Notes under the pieces: generated by a model
The model's database searches: none
Seen by the model: the letters and a program-made list of their open reading frames with translations, nothing else
What the model was told of the DNA's origin: nothing
Origin: a bacterium
GTDB taxonomy: Bacteria; Desulfobacterota; DSWW01
Assembly: GCA_040756235.1 (NCBI GenBank)
Contig: JBFLZG010000061.1
Location: 1 to 17,835, forward strand
Direction: 5' to 3'
Length of the DNA: 17,835 nt
Part shown: in pieces, positions 1-7,776 of the stretch
How positions within the stretch are numbered: the first letter of the stretch is position 1
Layout of the letters: each line of letters begins with the position of its first letter
Made by a program: the position numbers and the translations under genes

Positions 1-2
1 AA

Positions 3-1883
3 GAGTGCGGGCACCCCCATCTCGAGGGGGTGGATAAGGAGGAGATCGCTTCCTTCCCGCTGCGCGGCGGCGTCGAGACGAGAATCCCCTCTCCCCCGCA
101 CATCGGGGGAGAGGGTCAGGGTGAGGGGGCGAAGGGCCAAGGGATCGGGATCCGCGCGCGCCAACGTAGCGATCTGGACATCATTGAGGCCGCGGCGCGG
201 CTCATCCGCAACGGCGGGATCGTTGCCCTCAAGGGCCTGGGCGGCTTCCAGCTCGCCTGCGACGCCGCGGACGCGGGGGCTGTGGAACGGTTGCGGGCTC
301 GCAAGCGCCGTGCTCACAAGCCGTTCGCCGTGATGCTGGCCGACATGGAGGAGGTGCGCCGGCACTGCCGCACGGATGCCGAGACGGAGGCCTTGCTCCG
401 CTCGACCTCCGCGCCGATTGTGCTCCTTCCCTGGATTCCCGGGTCTTCCGTCGTGCCGGGGGTGGCGCCCGCACAGCGCTTTCTGGGCGTCATGCTCCCT
501 TACACGCCGCTGCACCACCTGCTGGTGCGGGAAGCGGGCAGGCCCCTGGTCATGACGAGCGGCAACTTCTCCGAGGAGCCCATCGCCAAGGACAACGACG
601 AGGCCCTGGAGCGGCTGGCTCCCCTGGCGGACGCGTTTCTCCTCCACGACCGGGGCATTTACGCCCGCTACGACGACAGCGTCTGGTTCGTGCCGCTGGC
701 CGGCAGGGCCCAGCCGGTGCGCCGGGCCCGCGGGTACGCGCCCTATCCGGTGCGGCTGAGCTGGTCGCTGGGCCGTATCCTGGGCTGCGGCGCCGAGCTC
801 AAGAACACCTTCTGCCTCGGTCGCGAGCGCTATGCCTTCGTGAGCCAGCACATCGGTGACATGGAGAACGTGGAGACGCTCGAGCATTTCGAGTCCACGG
901 TCGAGATGTACGAGCGCCTGTTCCGGTCGCGGCCCGAGGCGATCGCCTGCGACCTGCATCCCAACTACCTCGCGAGCCGGTACGGCCGGGAGCGGTCACG
1001 GAGGGAGAACCTGCCGCTGGTCACGGTCCAGCACCACCACGCGCACGTGGCAAGTTGTCTGGCCGACAACGACCGGCTTCCGTCGAAGGGTGCCGTTCTC
1101 GGCGTGGCCCTCGACGGAACCGGATACGGGCCGGACGGGGCGATCTGGGGGGGCGAGTTTCTGGTCGCCGGCTACGAGGGTTACCGGCGCTTCGGGCACC
1201 TCGAGTATGTGCCCCTTCCCGGCGGGGATGCGGCCGTCCGGAAGCCGTACCGGATGGCCCTGGCGTACTGCCTGGCGCTGCTGGGCCGCATCCCCGATCT
1301 GGCGGTCCTGGCCCGCCTGCCCCGGAACGAGACGGTGATCGTGGAGCGAATGATCGCCAAGGGCGTCAACACCCCGCTCACCTCCTCTTGCGGGAGGCTC
1401 TTCGACGCGGTGAGCGCGCTCGCCGGAGTCTGCCTTGAGGCGAGCTTCGAGGGACAGGCCGCCATGGAGCTGGAGAGCGCGGCGGCCGGGCCGCTGGTGT
1501 CCGGAAGGACGGAGCCGTATCCTTTTTCTCTGGACCTGCACACCGGCGGGACCGTGCTCGTCCGGCTGGGCGGCCTGTTCGAGGCGCTGGCGGACCAGAT
1601 CAGGGCGGGTGCATCCGTCGGCGAGATCAGCTACCGTTTCCATGTTACGGTGGCCTGCATGGTTGCGGAGATGTGCGGGCGGATGCGCGCGGAGACCGGG
1701 CTCGCTGCCGTGGCCCTTTCGGGAGGGTGCTTTCAGAACCGCCTGCTGCTGCGCCTGACGGTCGAGGCCCTCGAGCCCATGGGCTTCGAGGTGCTCACGC
1801 ACCGGCAGGTGCCGTGCAACGACGGCGGGCTCAGCCTCGGCCAGGCGGCGGTGGCTGCGCAAGAGATGAACCGAAAGGGGTAG
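3..1883 (+). CDS. hypF: Carbamoyltransferase HypF, 5'-partial (N-terminal acylphosphatase and Zn-finger part presumably upstream of the window)
   Basis: Frame is open from base 3. Motifs KGLGGFQLACDA, GVMLPYTPLHHLL, VMTSGN, RRARGYAP, SQHIGD, DLHPNY, VQHHHAH, DGTGYG, TSSCGRLFDAVSAL, LSGGCFQN and PCNDGGLSLGQA. Lies directly upstream of hypCDE. Confidence 0.97.
   Translation, partial: ECGHPHLEGVDKEEIASFPLRGGVETRIPSPPHIGGEGQGEGAKGQGIGIRARQRSDLDIIEAAARLIRNGGIVALKGLGGFQLACDAADAGAVERLRARKRRAHKPFAVMLADMEEVRRHCRTDAETEALLRSTSAPIVLLPWIPGSSVVPGVAPAQRFLGVMLPYTPLHHLLVREAGRPLVMTSGNFSEEPIAKDNDEALERLAPLADAFLLHDRGIYARYDDSVWFVPLAGRAQPVRRARGYAPYPVRLSWSLGRILGCGAELKNTFCLGRERYAFVSQHIGDMENVETLEHFESTVEMYERLFRSRPEAIACDLHPNYLASRYGRERSRRENLPLVTVQHHHAHVASCLADNDRLPSKGAVLGVALDGTGYGPDGAIWGGEFLVAGYEGYRRFGHLEYVPLPGGDAAVRKPYRMALAYCLALLGRIPDLAVLARLPRNETVIVERMIAKGVNTPLTSSCGRLFDAVSALAGVCLEASFEGQAAMELESAAAGPLVSGRTEPYPFSLDLHTGGTVLVRLGGLFEALADQIRAGASVGEISYRFHVTVACMVAEMCGRMRAETGLAAVALSGGCFQNRLLLRLTVEALEPMGFEVLTHRQVPCNDGGLSLGQAAVAAQEMNRKG
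86..129. repeat. REP-like palindromic unit inside the hypF reading frame
   Basis: Perfect 12-bp stem CCCTCTCCCCCG-cacat-CGGGGGAGAGGG (87-115) followed by TCAGGGTGAGGGGG. The same unit occurs at 1941-1981 and, inverted, at 7419-7460. Confidence 0.85.
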
Positions 1884-1940
1884 GCGATCAAAGAAGAATT
1901 CCCTCGACCCCTTTTTCTCAGAGGGGTACTGAGGAATGTT

Positions 1941-2038
1941 CCCTCTCCCCCGCGTACGGGGAGAGGGGGAGGGTGAGGGGGAAACGGGCGCAGATGCACC
2001 CCTCATCCCGACGTTCTCCCCTTGCGGAGGGGAGAAGG
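1941..2038. repeat. About 100-bp composite element of two inverted hairpin units (REPIN/MITE-like), copy 1
   Basis: Aligns without gaps to the reverse complement of 7362-7459 at 81/98 identity (counted by hand). Made of CCCTCTCCCC..GGGGAGAGGG and TTCTCCCC..GGGGAGAA hairpins. Confidence 0.88.
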
Positions 2039-2112
2039 TGTGACAGCCTCTGGCAAAGGGGGATTCGGACATGGACCACGCACCTGCAAACATGACGGAC
2101 GGATAAGAGATC

Positions 2113-2340
2113 ATGTGCCTGGCAGTGCCCACGAAGATCATACGCATCGAAGGTGAGGAGGCGGAAGCCGAGATCGGCGGCGTGCGGCGCCGCGTGAGCA
2201 TCGCCTTCACACCCGAAGCCCGCGTGGGGGACTACGTGCTCATCCATGCAGGCTTCGCGATCAGCGTGCTCGACGAGCAGGATGCCCGGGAGAGCCTGGA
2301 GCTGTTCGAGAAATTGGATGAAGTCAAATGCAGTACGTAG
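2113..2340 (+). CDS. hypC: Hydrogenase maturation chaperone HypC
   Basis: N-terminal MCLAVP, VGDYVLIHAGFAI, 75 aa, between hypF and hypD. Confidence 0.97.
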   Translation: MCLAVPTKIIRIEGEEAEAEIGGVRRRVSIAFTPEARVGDYVLIHAGFAISVLDEQDARESLELFEKLDEVKCST

Positions 2341-3422
2341 ATGAATTCCGCCGGCCCGAGCCGGTCCGCCGCCTCCTGGCGCAGATCGCGAGCCGCTCCC
2401 GCACGCGGGCGCGCCTGATGGAGTTTTGCGGCGGCCACACCCATGCGATCCTCAAGTTCGGGCTGCGCCAGCTCCTGCCGCCTACGGTCCAGCTTCTCAG
2501 CGGACCCGGATGTCCGGTGTGCGTGACCGCTCAGTCCGATCTGGACCGGGCCATCGCGCTGGCGCGCCAAGACGGAGTCATCCTGACGACCTTCGGGGAC
2601 ATGGTGCGCGTGCCGGGCAGCCGCGGCACGCTGCAGGAAGCGAGGGCCCGGGGGGCGGACGTGCGCATCGTCTACTCGACCCTGGACGCGCTCGCCCTGG
2701 CCCGGGCCAACCCGGGCCGGCAAGTCGTCTTCCTGGCCGTGGGCTTCGAGACCACGGCGCCCACGGTGGCCGCAGCCGTTCTCGCGGCCAGGGCCGAGCA
2801 GCTGGCGAATTTCTCCGTGCTGTGTCTCCACAAGCTGACCCCGCCCGCCATGCAGGCGATCCTGGAGGCGGGCGAGGTCGAGCTTTCCGGCATCATCGGG
2901 CCCGGACACGTCACGACCGTGATCGGTGCCAGGGCCTGGGAGTTCCTGCCGGGCCGATACCGCATTTCCTGTGCGGTGGCCGGCTTCGAGCCCCTGGACA
3001 TCCTCCGAGCCGTCTACGCGCTCGTGGACCGGATCGAGAGCGGCGACCCCGCGGTCTGCAACACCTATTCCAGGAGCGTCCGGCCCGGGGGAAACGAAAC
3101 GGCCCTGCGCAAGATGGGGGAAGTGTTCCGGGTGGGGGAGGCGCAGTGGAGGGGGCTCGGCAGCGTGCCGGCGAGCGGGCTGCGGCTGCGGAAGGAGCTG
3201 GCGGCCTTCGATGCGGCGGCGCGCTTCGCGATCCCGGTCGAGCCGACCGCCGGCCCGAAGGGATGCCGTTGCGGCGAGGTCCTGAGAGGGGTCCTCGAGC
3301 CTCCCGGATGCCCGCTCTTCGGCAAGGCGTGCACGCCCGAGACCCCGGTCGGGCCCTGCATGGTCTCCGGGGAAGGCGCCTGCGGCGCCTACCTGCAGTT
3401 CGCAGACTGGAGAGCCACATGA
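2328..3422 (+). CDS. hypD: Hydrogenase maturation protein HypD
   Basis: Motifs CGGHTH, GPGCPVC, GFETT and PGHV, plus C-terminal Fe-S cysteines (CRCGEVLRG..CPLFGKAC..GPCMVSGEGAC). Confidence 0.98.
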   Translation: MQYVDEFRRPEPVRRLLAQIASRSRTRARLMEFCGGHTHAILKFGLRQLLPPTVQLLSGPGCPVCVTAQSDLDRAIALARQDGVILTTFGDMVRVPGSRGTLQEARARGADVRIVYSTLDALALARANPGRQVVFLAVGFETTAPTVAAAVLAARAEQLANFSVLCLHKLTPPAMQAILEAGEVELSGIIGPGHVTTVIGARAWEFLPGRYRISCAVAGFEPLDILRAVYALVDRIESGDPAVCNTYSRSVRPGGNETALRKMGEVFRVGEAQWRGLGSVPASGLRLRKELAAFDAAARFAIPVEPTAGPKGCRCGEVLRGVLEPPGCPLFGKACTPETPVGPCMVSGEGACGAYLQFADWRAT

Positions 3423-4438
3423 GCGGCAAGACCGTGCTGCTGGCCCACGGCAGCGGCGGCAGAATGACCCACGAGCTCGTGCGCGACCTTTTCGTCCGCC
3501 ACCTGGACAACGCGCTTCTGCGCGCCCGGGATGACGCCGCGGTCTGGTCCCTCGAGGCTCCCGGGCCGTGGAGGCTGGCGCTGACGACCGACAGCTACGT
3601 CGTGAGCCCCATCTTCTTTCCGGGCGGCGACATCGGCAAGCTCGCGGTGTGCGGCACGGTGAACGATCTGGCCATGATGGGCGCCGAGCCCTTGTACCTG
3701 ACCGCAGGCTTCATCATCGAGGAGGGGCTTGCGCTGTCGGACCTGGAGCGGGTGGTCGCCTCGATGGCCGCGGCGGCCAGGACGGCTGGCGTTGAGATCG
3801 TCGCCGGAGACACCAAGGTCGTGGACCGGGGCAAGGCGGACCGGCTCTTCATCAACACCGCCGGAGTCGGGCGGGTCCCGGCCGGAGTGGACCTTTCGGG
3901 CGCGAACGCGCGGCCCGGCGACGTCGTGATCCTGAGCGGACCGATCGGCGAGCACGGCCTTGCGGTCATGAGCCTGCGTGAAGGGCTCGAGTTCTCGTTC
4001 CCTCTGGAGAGCGACTGCGCGGCCCTGAACGGCTTGGTGAGGGAGATCCTTCGCGCCGGCGGCCGGGTACGCTGTCTGCGGGACCCTACCCGGGGGGGGC
4101 TGGCGACCACGCTGAACGAGATCGCCGACCAGAGCGGCGCGGGGATCGAAGTGCGGGAGGCCGCGATCCCGGTTTCCGAGGGGGTGCGGGCGGCCTGCGA
4201 GCTGCTCGGCCTCGATCCCCTCTATGCGGCCAACGAGGGCAAGCTCGTGGCGATCGTCGATCCCGAAGCCGGGCAGCCGGTGGTCGAGGTGATGCGGCGA
4301 CACCCGCTCGGCCGGGAAGCCGCCGTCATCGGCCGGGTCACGGCGGCGCACCCCGGGCGGGTGGCGCTCGAGTCCGCCTACGGGAGCCGCCGCGTGCTGG
4401 ACATGCTGAGCGGAGCGCAACTGCCCCGGATCTGCTGA
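3419..4438 (+). CDS. hypE: Carbamoyl dehydratase HypE (true start is ATG 3419, not the 2426 start of the long ORF)
   Basis: MSGKTVLLAHGSGG, TTDSYVV, GGDIGKLAVCGTVNDLAM, GDTKVV, RDPTRGG and C-terminal PRIC. ATGA overlap with the hypD stop codon. Confidence 0.98.
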   Translation: MSGKTVLLAHGSGGRMTHELVRDLFVRHLDNALLRARDDAAVWSLEAPGPWRLALTTDSYVVSPIFFPGGDIGKLAVCGTVNDLAMMGAEPLYLTAGFIIEEGLALSDLERVVASMAAAARTAGVEIVAGDTKVVDRGKADRLFINTAGVGRVPAGVDLSGANARPGDVVILSGPIGEHGLAVMSLREGLEFSFPLESDCAALNGLVREILRAGGRVRCLRDPTRGGLATTLNEIADQSGAGIEVREAAIPVSEGVRAACELLGLDPLYAANEGKLVAIVDPEAGQPVVEVMRRHPLGREAAVIGRVTAAHPGRVALESAYGSRRVLDMLSGAQLPRIC

Positions 4439-4463
4439 GGCTCTTCGGGAAGGAGGTCGGCCC

Positions 4464-4811
4464 ATGAAGTTGGGTGACATCATCAGGGTGCTGGAAGGTA
4501 CGCTCATCACCGACAAGGCGGACCTCGACACGGAGATCCGCTGCGCCTGCGGGGCCGACCTCATGAGCGACGTCCTGACGCACACCCGGCGCGGCGCCCT
4601 GCTCCTGACCGGGCTGACCAACCCTCAGGTGGTGCGCACCGCCGAGGTTGCGGATATCGCCGCCATCGTGTTCGTGCGCGGCAAGAAGCCTCCGCCCGAG
4701 ACGATCGCCATGGCCAGAGAAAAGCGGATTCCCTTGATCGCAGCCCCCTACACCATGTTCGAGATGTGCGGCCGATTGTATGAGGCCGGGATGGCCAGCT
4801 GCGACCTGTAG
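4464..4811 (+). CDS. Stand-alone DRTGG-domain protein
   Basis: AAGGAGG RBS. CGADLMSDVL..LLLTGLTNPQVVRTAEVADIAAIVFVRGK..IPLI resembles small DRTGG proteins from hydrogenase-linked clusters. Confidence 0.85.
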   Translation: MKLGDIIRVLEGTLITDKADLDTEIRCACGADLMSDVLTHTRRGALLLTGLTNPQVVRTAEVADIAAIVFVRGKKPPPETIAMAREKRIPLIAAPYTMFEMCGRLYEAGMASCDL

Positions 4812-4813
4812 GA

Positions 4814-5057
4814 GGCTGTCCATAAATGCCCATCTGCGGCGTTGCACTCATGGCGTGGCACGGAGGCGGGGGAGCCTGCCCCGGCGAAGGCCGGGGTCAT
4901 TGCGGCGTACTTCTTTGTACGCCTCATTCCTCGGGATTTGACTCGCGCCGTCCATGGCGCTCGCCCTCCGGGCGCATCATCCTGACGGATGATGCGTCCA
5001 ATTCCGCTGTCCTGCGGAATTGTCGCGCGCTTTGCATCTGGACATTTCTGAACAGCC
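4814..5057. mobile_element. MITE-like element (244 bp) with imperfect terminal inverted repeats and internal hairpins
   Basis: Left end GGCTGTCCATAAATGCCCATCTGC matches the reverse complement of the right end (GGCTGTTCAGAAATGTCCAGATGC) at 19/24. Internal perfect stems at 4879-4896, 4904-4923, 4974-4995 and 4999-5022. No transposase ORF. Confidence 0.7.
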
Positions 5058-5118
5058 CCCGGGAGCCGGGGGTCGGACCGGTTCCTGGCTGGCGAATCCG
5101 TGAAAGGCGGGGGACGCC

Positions 5119-6135
5119 ATGAAGGATCAGACCGTGGACCAAAGCGAGGAGGCGGCTGCGACCTCCACGACGCCGGCCGGCATCACGCGGGTGCAGGAGC
5201 TGATCTACGAGCTCAAGATCAAGCAGGTCATGACCTCGCCGGTGCTGACCGTGACCCCCGAGACGCGCATGACGCAGCTCAAAGAGCTGCTGCGGACGCG
5301 CCGCATTTCCGGGGCGCCGGTCCTGGTCGAAGGCAAGCTCGTCGGCATCGTGAGCATCGAGGACCTGATCAAGTCTCTGCTGGACGGCAGGCCCGACCTC
5401 CCGGTGGGCGAGCGGATGACCGAATCGATCATCACGGTCCAGGAGGAAGAGAGCGTCGTCGAAGCCGTCAAACGGTTCGCCGAGCACGGAGTCGGCCGGC
5501 TGCCCGTGGTGGACGCACACGGCCGCCTCACCGGGATCCTGACCGGGAGCGACATCACCCGGGGGCTGCTCAACGCCATCGGCCTGGACTACCACGAGGA
5601 CGAGATCCGCCGCTACCGCGCCAGCCACATCTTCGAGGACATCGAGTCTCAGGATACGAGCCTCATCCTGCGCTACAAGATCAAGCCGTGCGACTTCGAT
5701 CGCGGGGGCGAGGCCTCGAGCAAGATCCGGCGCGCCCTGAAGAGGCTGGGCGCCAATCCGCAGGTGATCCGGCGCGTGGGGATCGCTACCTACGAGGCGG
5801 AGATGAACATCATCATCCACACCACCCACGGCGGCGAGATCCAGGTCGAGATCCAGCCGCACCGGGTCCAGATCCTCGCCACGGACCAGGGGCCCGGGAT
5901 CGAGGACGTGCGCAGAGCCCTGGAGCCCGGCTATTCCACGGCGCCCGAGTGGATCCGCGAGCTCGGCTTCGGTGCGGGCATGGGGCTTCACAACATCAGC
6001 AAGTGCTCGGACGAGATGAAGCTCGGGTCCACCCCGGGCGTGGGGACCCGCCTGCAGCTCGTCATCTTCCTGCACGGGGGCGACGGCGAGGATGAGCAAA
6101 GGGACCGCAAGGACGCGCCGGCCGTACCGGCGTGA
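5119..6135 (+). CDS. Tandem CBS domains fused to an RsbT/RsbW-like Ser/Thr kinase (HATPase_c)
   Basis: CBS pair (VMTSPVLTV..ISGAPVL..LVGIVSIEDL; VGRLPVVD..LTGILTGSDI). GHKL boxes YEAEMNIIIH, DQGPGI, GYST and GAGMGL. No HisKA H-box. Confidence 0.9.
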   Translation: MKDQTVDQSEEAAATSTTPAGITRVQELIYELKIKQVMTSPVLTVTPETRMTQLKELLRTRRISGAPVLVEGKLVGIVSIEDLIKSLLDGRPDLPVGERMTESIITVQEEESVVEAVKRFAEHGVGRLPVVDAHGRLTGILTGSDITRGLLNAIGLDYHEDEIRRYRASHIFEDIESQDTSLILRYKIKPCDFDRGGEASSKIRRALKRLGANPQVIRRVGIATYEAEMNIIIHTTHGGEIQVEIQPHRVQILATDQGPGIEDVRRALEPGYSTAPEWIRELGFGAGMGLHNISKCSDEMKLGSTPGVGTRLQLVIFLHGGDGEDEQRDRKDAPAVPA

Positions 6136-6146
6136 AGGAGGCGATC

Positions 6147-6506
6147 GTGAAAGTGCGAGAGATCGTTGATGCGCTCTCCCTGAAGGTCCTGGCGGGAGCA
6201 GGCGTCCTGGAGCGGGAGGTCACGGGCGGTTACGCATCGGACATGCTCAGCCTGGTGATGGCCGGAGCCAGGCCGGGCAACGTCTGGGTGACCATGCAGG
6301 GCCATCCCAACGTCGCCGCCGTTGCCTCCCTGCTCAGCCTGGCCGCCGTGGTGATCACGGAGGGATCGCCCGTGGACCCGGTGACTCTGCAGCGGGCCGA
6401 AGAGAACGGGGTCCCCGTGCTGGCCGCCCCCGCGGACACCTTCAGCACCGTCGCAAAGCTGGCGGCCATGGGCATCCGAGGGGCGTCCGACAGGCCTGAG
6501 GCATGA
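6147..6506 (+). CDS. Second small DRTGG/HPrK-N-like protein
   Basis: GTG 6147 preceded by AAGGAGG (6135-6141). REVTGGYASDMLSLVM..VWVTMQGHPNVAAVASL..AAVVITEG. The same fold as 4464-4811 is suggested by the shared (S/A)DxxS motif. Confidence 0.83.
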   Translation: MKVREIVDALSLKVLAGAGVLEREVTGGYASDMLSLVMAGARPGNVWVTMQGHPNVAAVASLLSLAAVVITEGSPVDPVTLQRAEENGVPVLAAPADTFSTVAKLAAMGIRGASDRPEA

Positions 6507-7264
6507 CCCCCTTCCAGCTCGTTCTGGCGGACCTCCACGTCCACACCGTGGTCTCGGCCTGCGCCGAGGTGGAGATGATCCCGCCCCTGGTGGTGCGGCG
6601 CGCCCGGGAGCTGGGCGTGGGGCTGCTCGCGGTGACGGACCACCACAGCGTCGAGAACGCGGGGGCCGTCCAGGAGGCTGCGGAGCCGTACGGGATCCGG
6701 GTCCTGCCGGGCATGGAAGTACAGACCCGCGAGGAAGTGCACGTGGTCTGCCTGTTCGACGAGCTCGGCCAGGCCCTGGGCTGGCAGGAGACGATCTGGA
6801 GCCACCTGCCGGATCTGCCCAACCGCGACGAGTTCTTCGGGCCGCAGTACGTCGTCGACGCCACGGGTGAATACGTGCGGACCAACGAGCGGCTGCTGCA
6901 GACCTCGACCGACCTGAGCTTCGAGACGGTCCTGGAGCGGGTCCAACAGCAGGGCGGGCTGGCCCTGCCCGCCCATGTGGACCGGGCCCGCTTCAGCCTG
7001 TTCGCCAACCTGGGCATGATCCCGCTGGGGGTCCGACTCGCGGGCGTCGAGATTTCGCCCAACATCTCGGCCGCGGAGGCCGTGCGGCGCTTTCCCTCCC
7101 TCGCAGGCCTGGGGATGGTGCAGTCCGGGGATGCTCATCGTCTGGACGAGATGACGAACCGCACTCAATTCCGACTTGCGGCCCTGACCGTTGCCGAGCT
7201 GAAGATGGCGCTCGGCGGCGAGCAGGGGCGCCGTTTCTGGCTGCACGCTGACCGCCTCTTGTAG
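6503..7264 (+). CDS. PHP-domain phosphoesterase
   Basis: Metal-binding motifs DLHVHT, TDHHS, PGMEV..HVVCLF, PAHVDR and SGDAH. ATGA overlap with the upstream gene. Confidence 0.92.
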   Translation: MTPFQLVLADLHVHTVVSACAEVEMIPPLVVRRARELGVGLLAVTDHHSVENAGAVQEAAEPYGIRVLPGMEVQTREEVHVVCLFDELGQALGWQETIWSHLPDLPNRDEFFGPQYVVDATGEYVRTNERLLQTSTDLSFETVLERVQQQGGLALPAHVDRARFSLFANLGMIPLGVRLAGVEISPNISAAEAVRRFPSLAGLGMVQSGDAHRLDEMTNRTQFRLAALTVAELKMALGGEQGRRFWLHADRLL

Positions 7265-7284
7265 GGGCGACCGGCGGTCGCCCT
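7261..7284 (+). repeat. GTAG-type REP hairpin, copy 1 (its GTAG contains the PHP stop codon)
   Basis: GTAGGGGCGACCGGCGGTCGCCCT, with a near-identical copy at 9858-9881. Confidence 0.8.
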
Positions 7285-7360
7285 CGGTGCGGGAAGCAGG
7301 GACCGAATAACCGGCCGCCGGGGCCTGTCAGTTCGTCGTCGCCGGCCAAGCCGATCTTCT

Positions 7361-7460
7361 CCCTTCTCCCCTCGCCGAGGGGAGAAGGCCAGGATGAGGG
7401 GTCGATCTGCTCCTGTTTCCCCCTCACCCTGACCCTCTCCCCCGGGCCGGGGGAGAGGGG
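7361..7460. repeat. About 100-bp composite palindromic element, copy 2 (inverted relative to 1941-2038)
   Basis: CCTTCTCCCCTCG-c-CGAGGGGAGAAGG..GATGAGGGG, a spacer, then CCCCTCACCCTGACCCTCTCCCCCGG-g-CCGGGGGAGAGGG. Confidence 0.88.
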
Positions 7461-7606
7461 ATTTCCCGCCGGAGGGCCGGGATCGGCCGCGAGCTTTCGT
7501 CCTCCCGGCCCATGTGCGGAGCGCGCGGGAGCCGGGATCCGGAAGCCTGCGCCCGGATCCCCGGAGGCTTGCCTCTCGGATCTCCTGGAATCTCGGGGAA
7601 CAGGGA

Positions 7607-7745
7607 CTGGATTCCGGCCTGCGCCGGAATGACGGAAAAGAGCAGGGACTGGATTCAGGAATGTCGCCCGCTTCGCAGGCTCCTCCGGAATGACCCGGAA
7701 CCGGCCCGGACCGCCTTGTGACGCAGCCGTCTTCGCGGGCATGAC
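7607..7745. repeat. Cluster of CTGGATTCCGGC..GCCGGAATGAC-type palindromic repeats (one intact, several degenerate)
   Basis: Intact copy CTGGATTCCGGCCTGCGCCGGAATGAC at 7607-7633. Partial copies near 7649, 7685 and 7735. Related ATCCCGGC..GCCGGGATGAC at 9888-9927. Confidence 0.7.
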
Positions 7746-7776
7746 GGCAAGGTAGCAGCCGATCAAAGGAACGCTC

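Noticed and set aside
2426..3418. N-terminal extension of the 670-aa ORF suggesting a HypE fusion
   Set aside because: It overlaps hypD in another frame and is Arg/Pro/Gly-rich noise. HypE starts at ATG 3419.
4826..5122. 98-aa ORF between the DRTGG and CBS-kinase genes
   Set aside because: It lies almost entirely within the MITE-like palindromic element and has no protein-like features.
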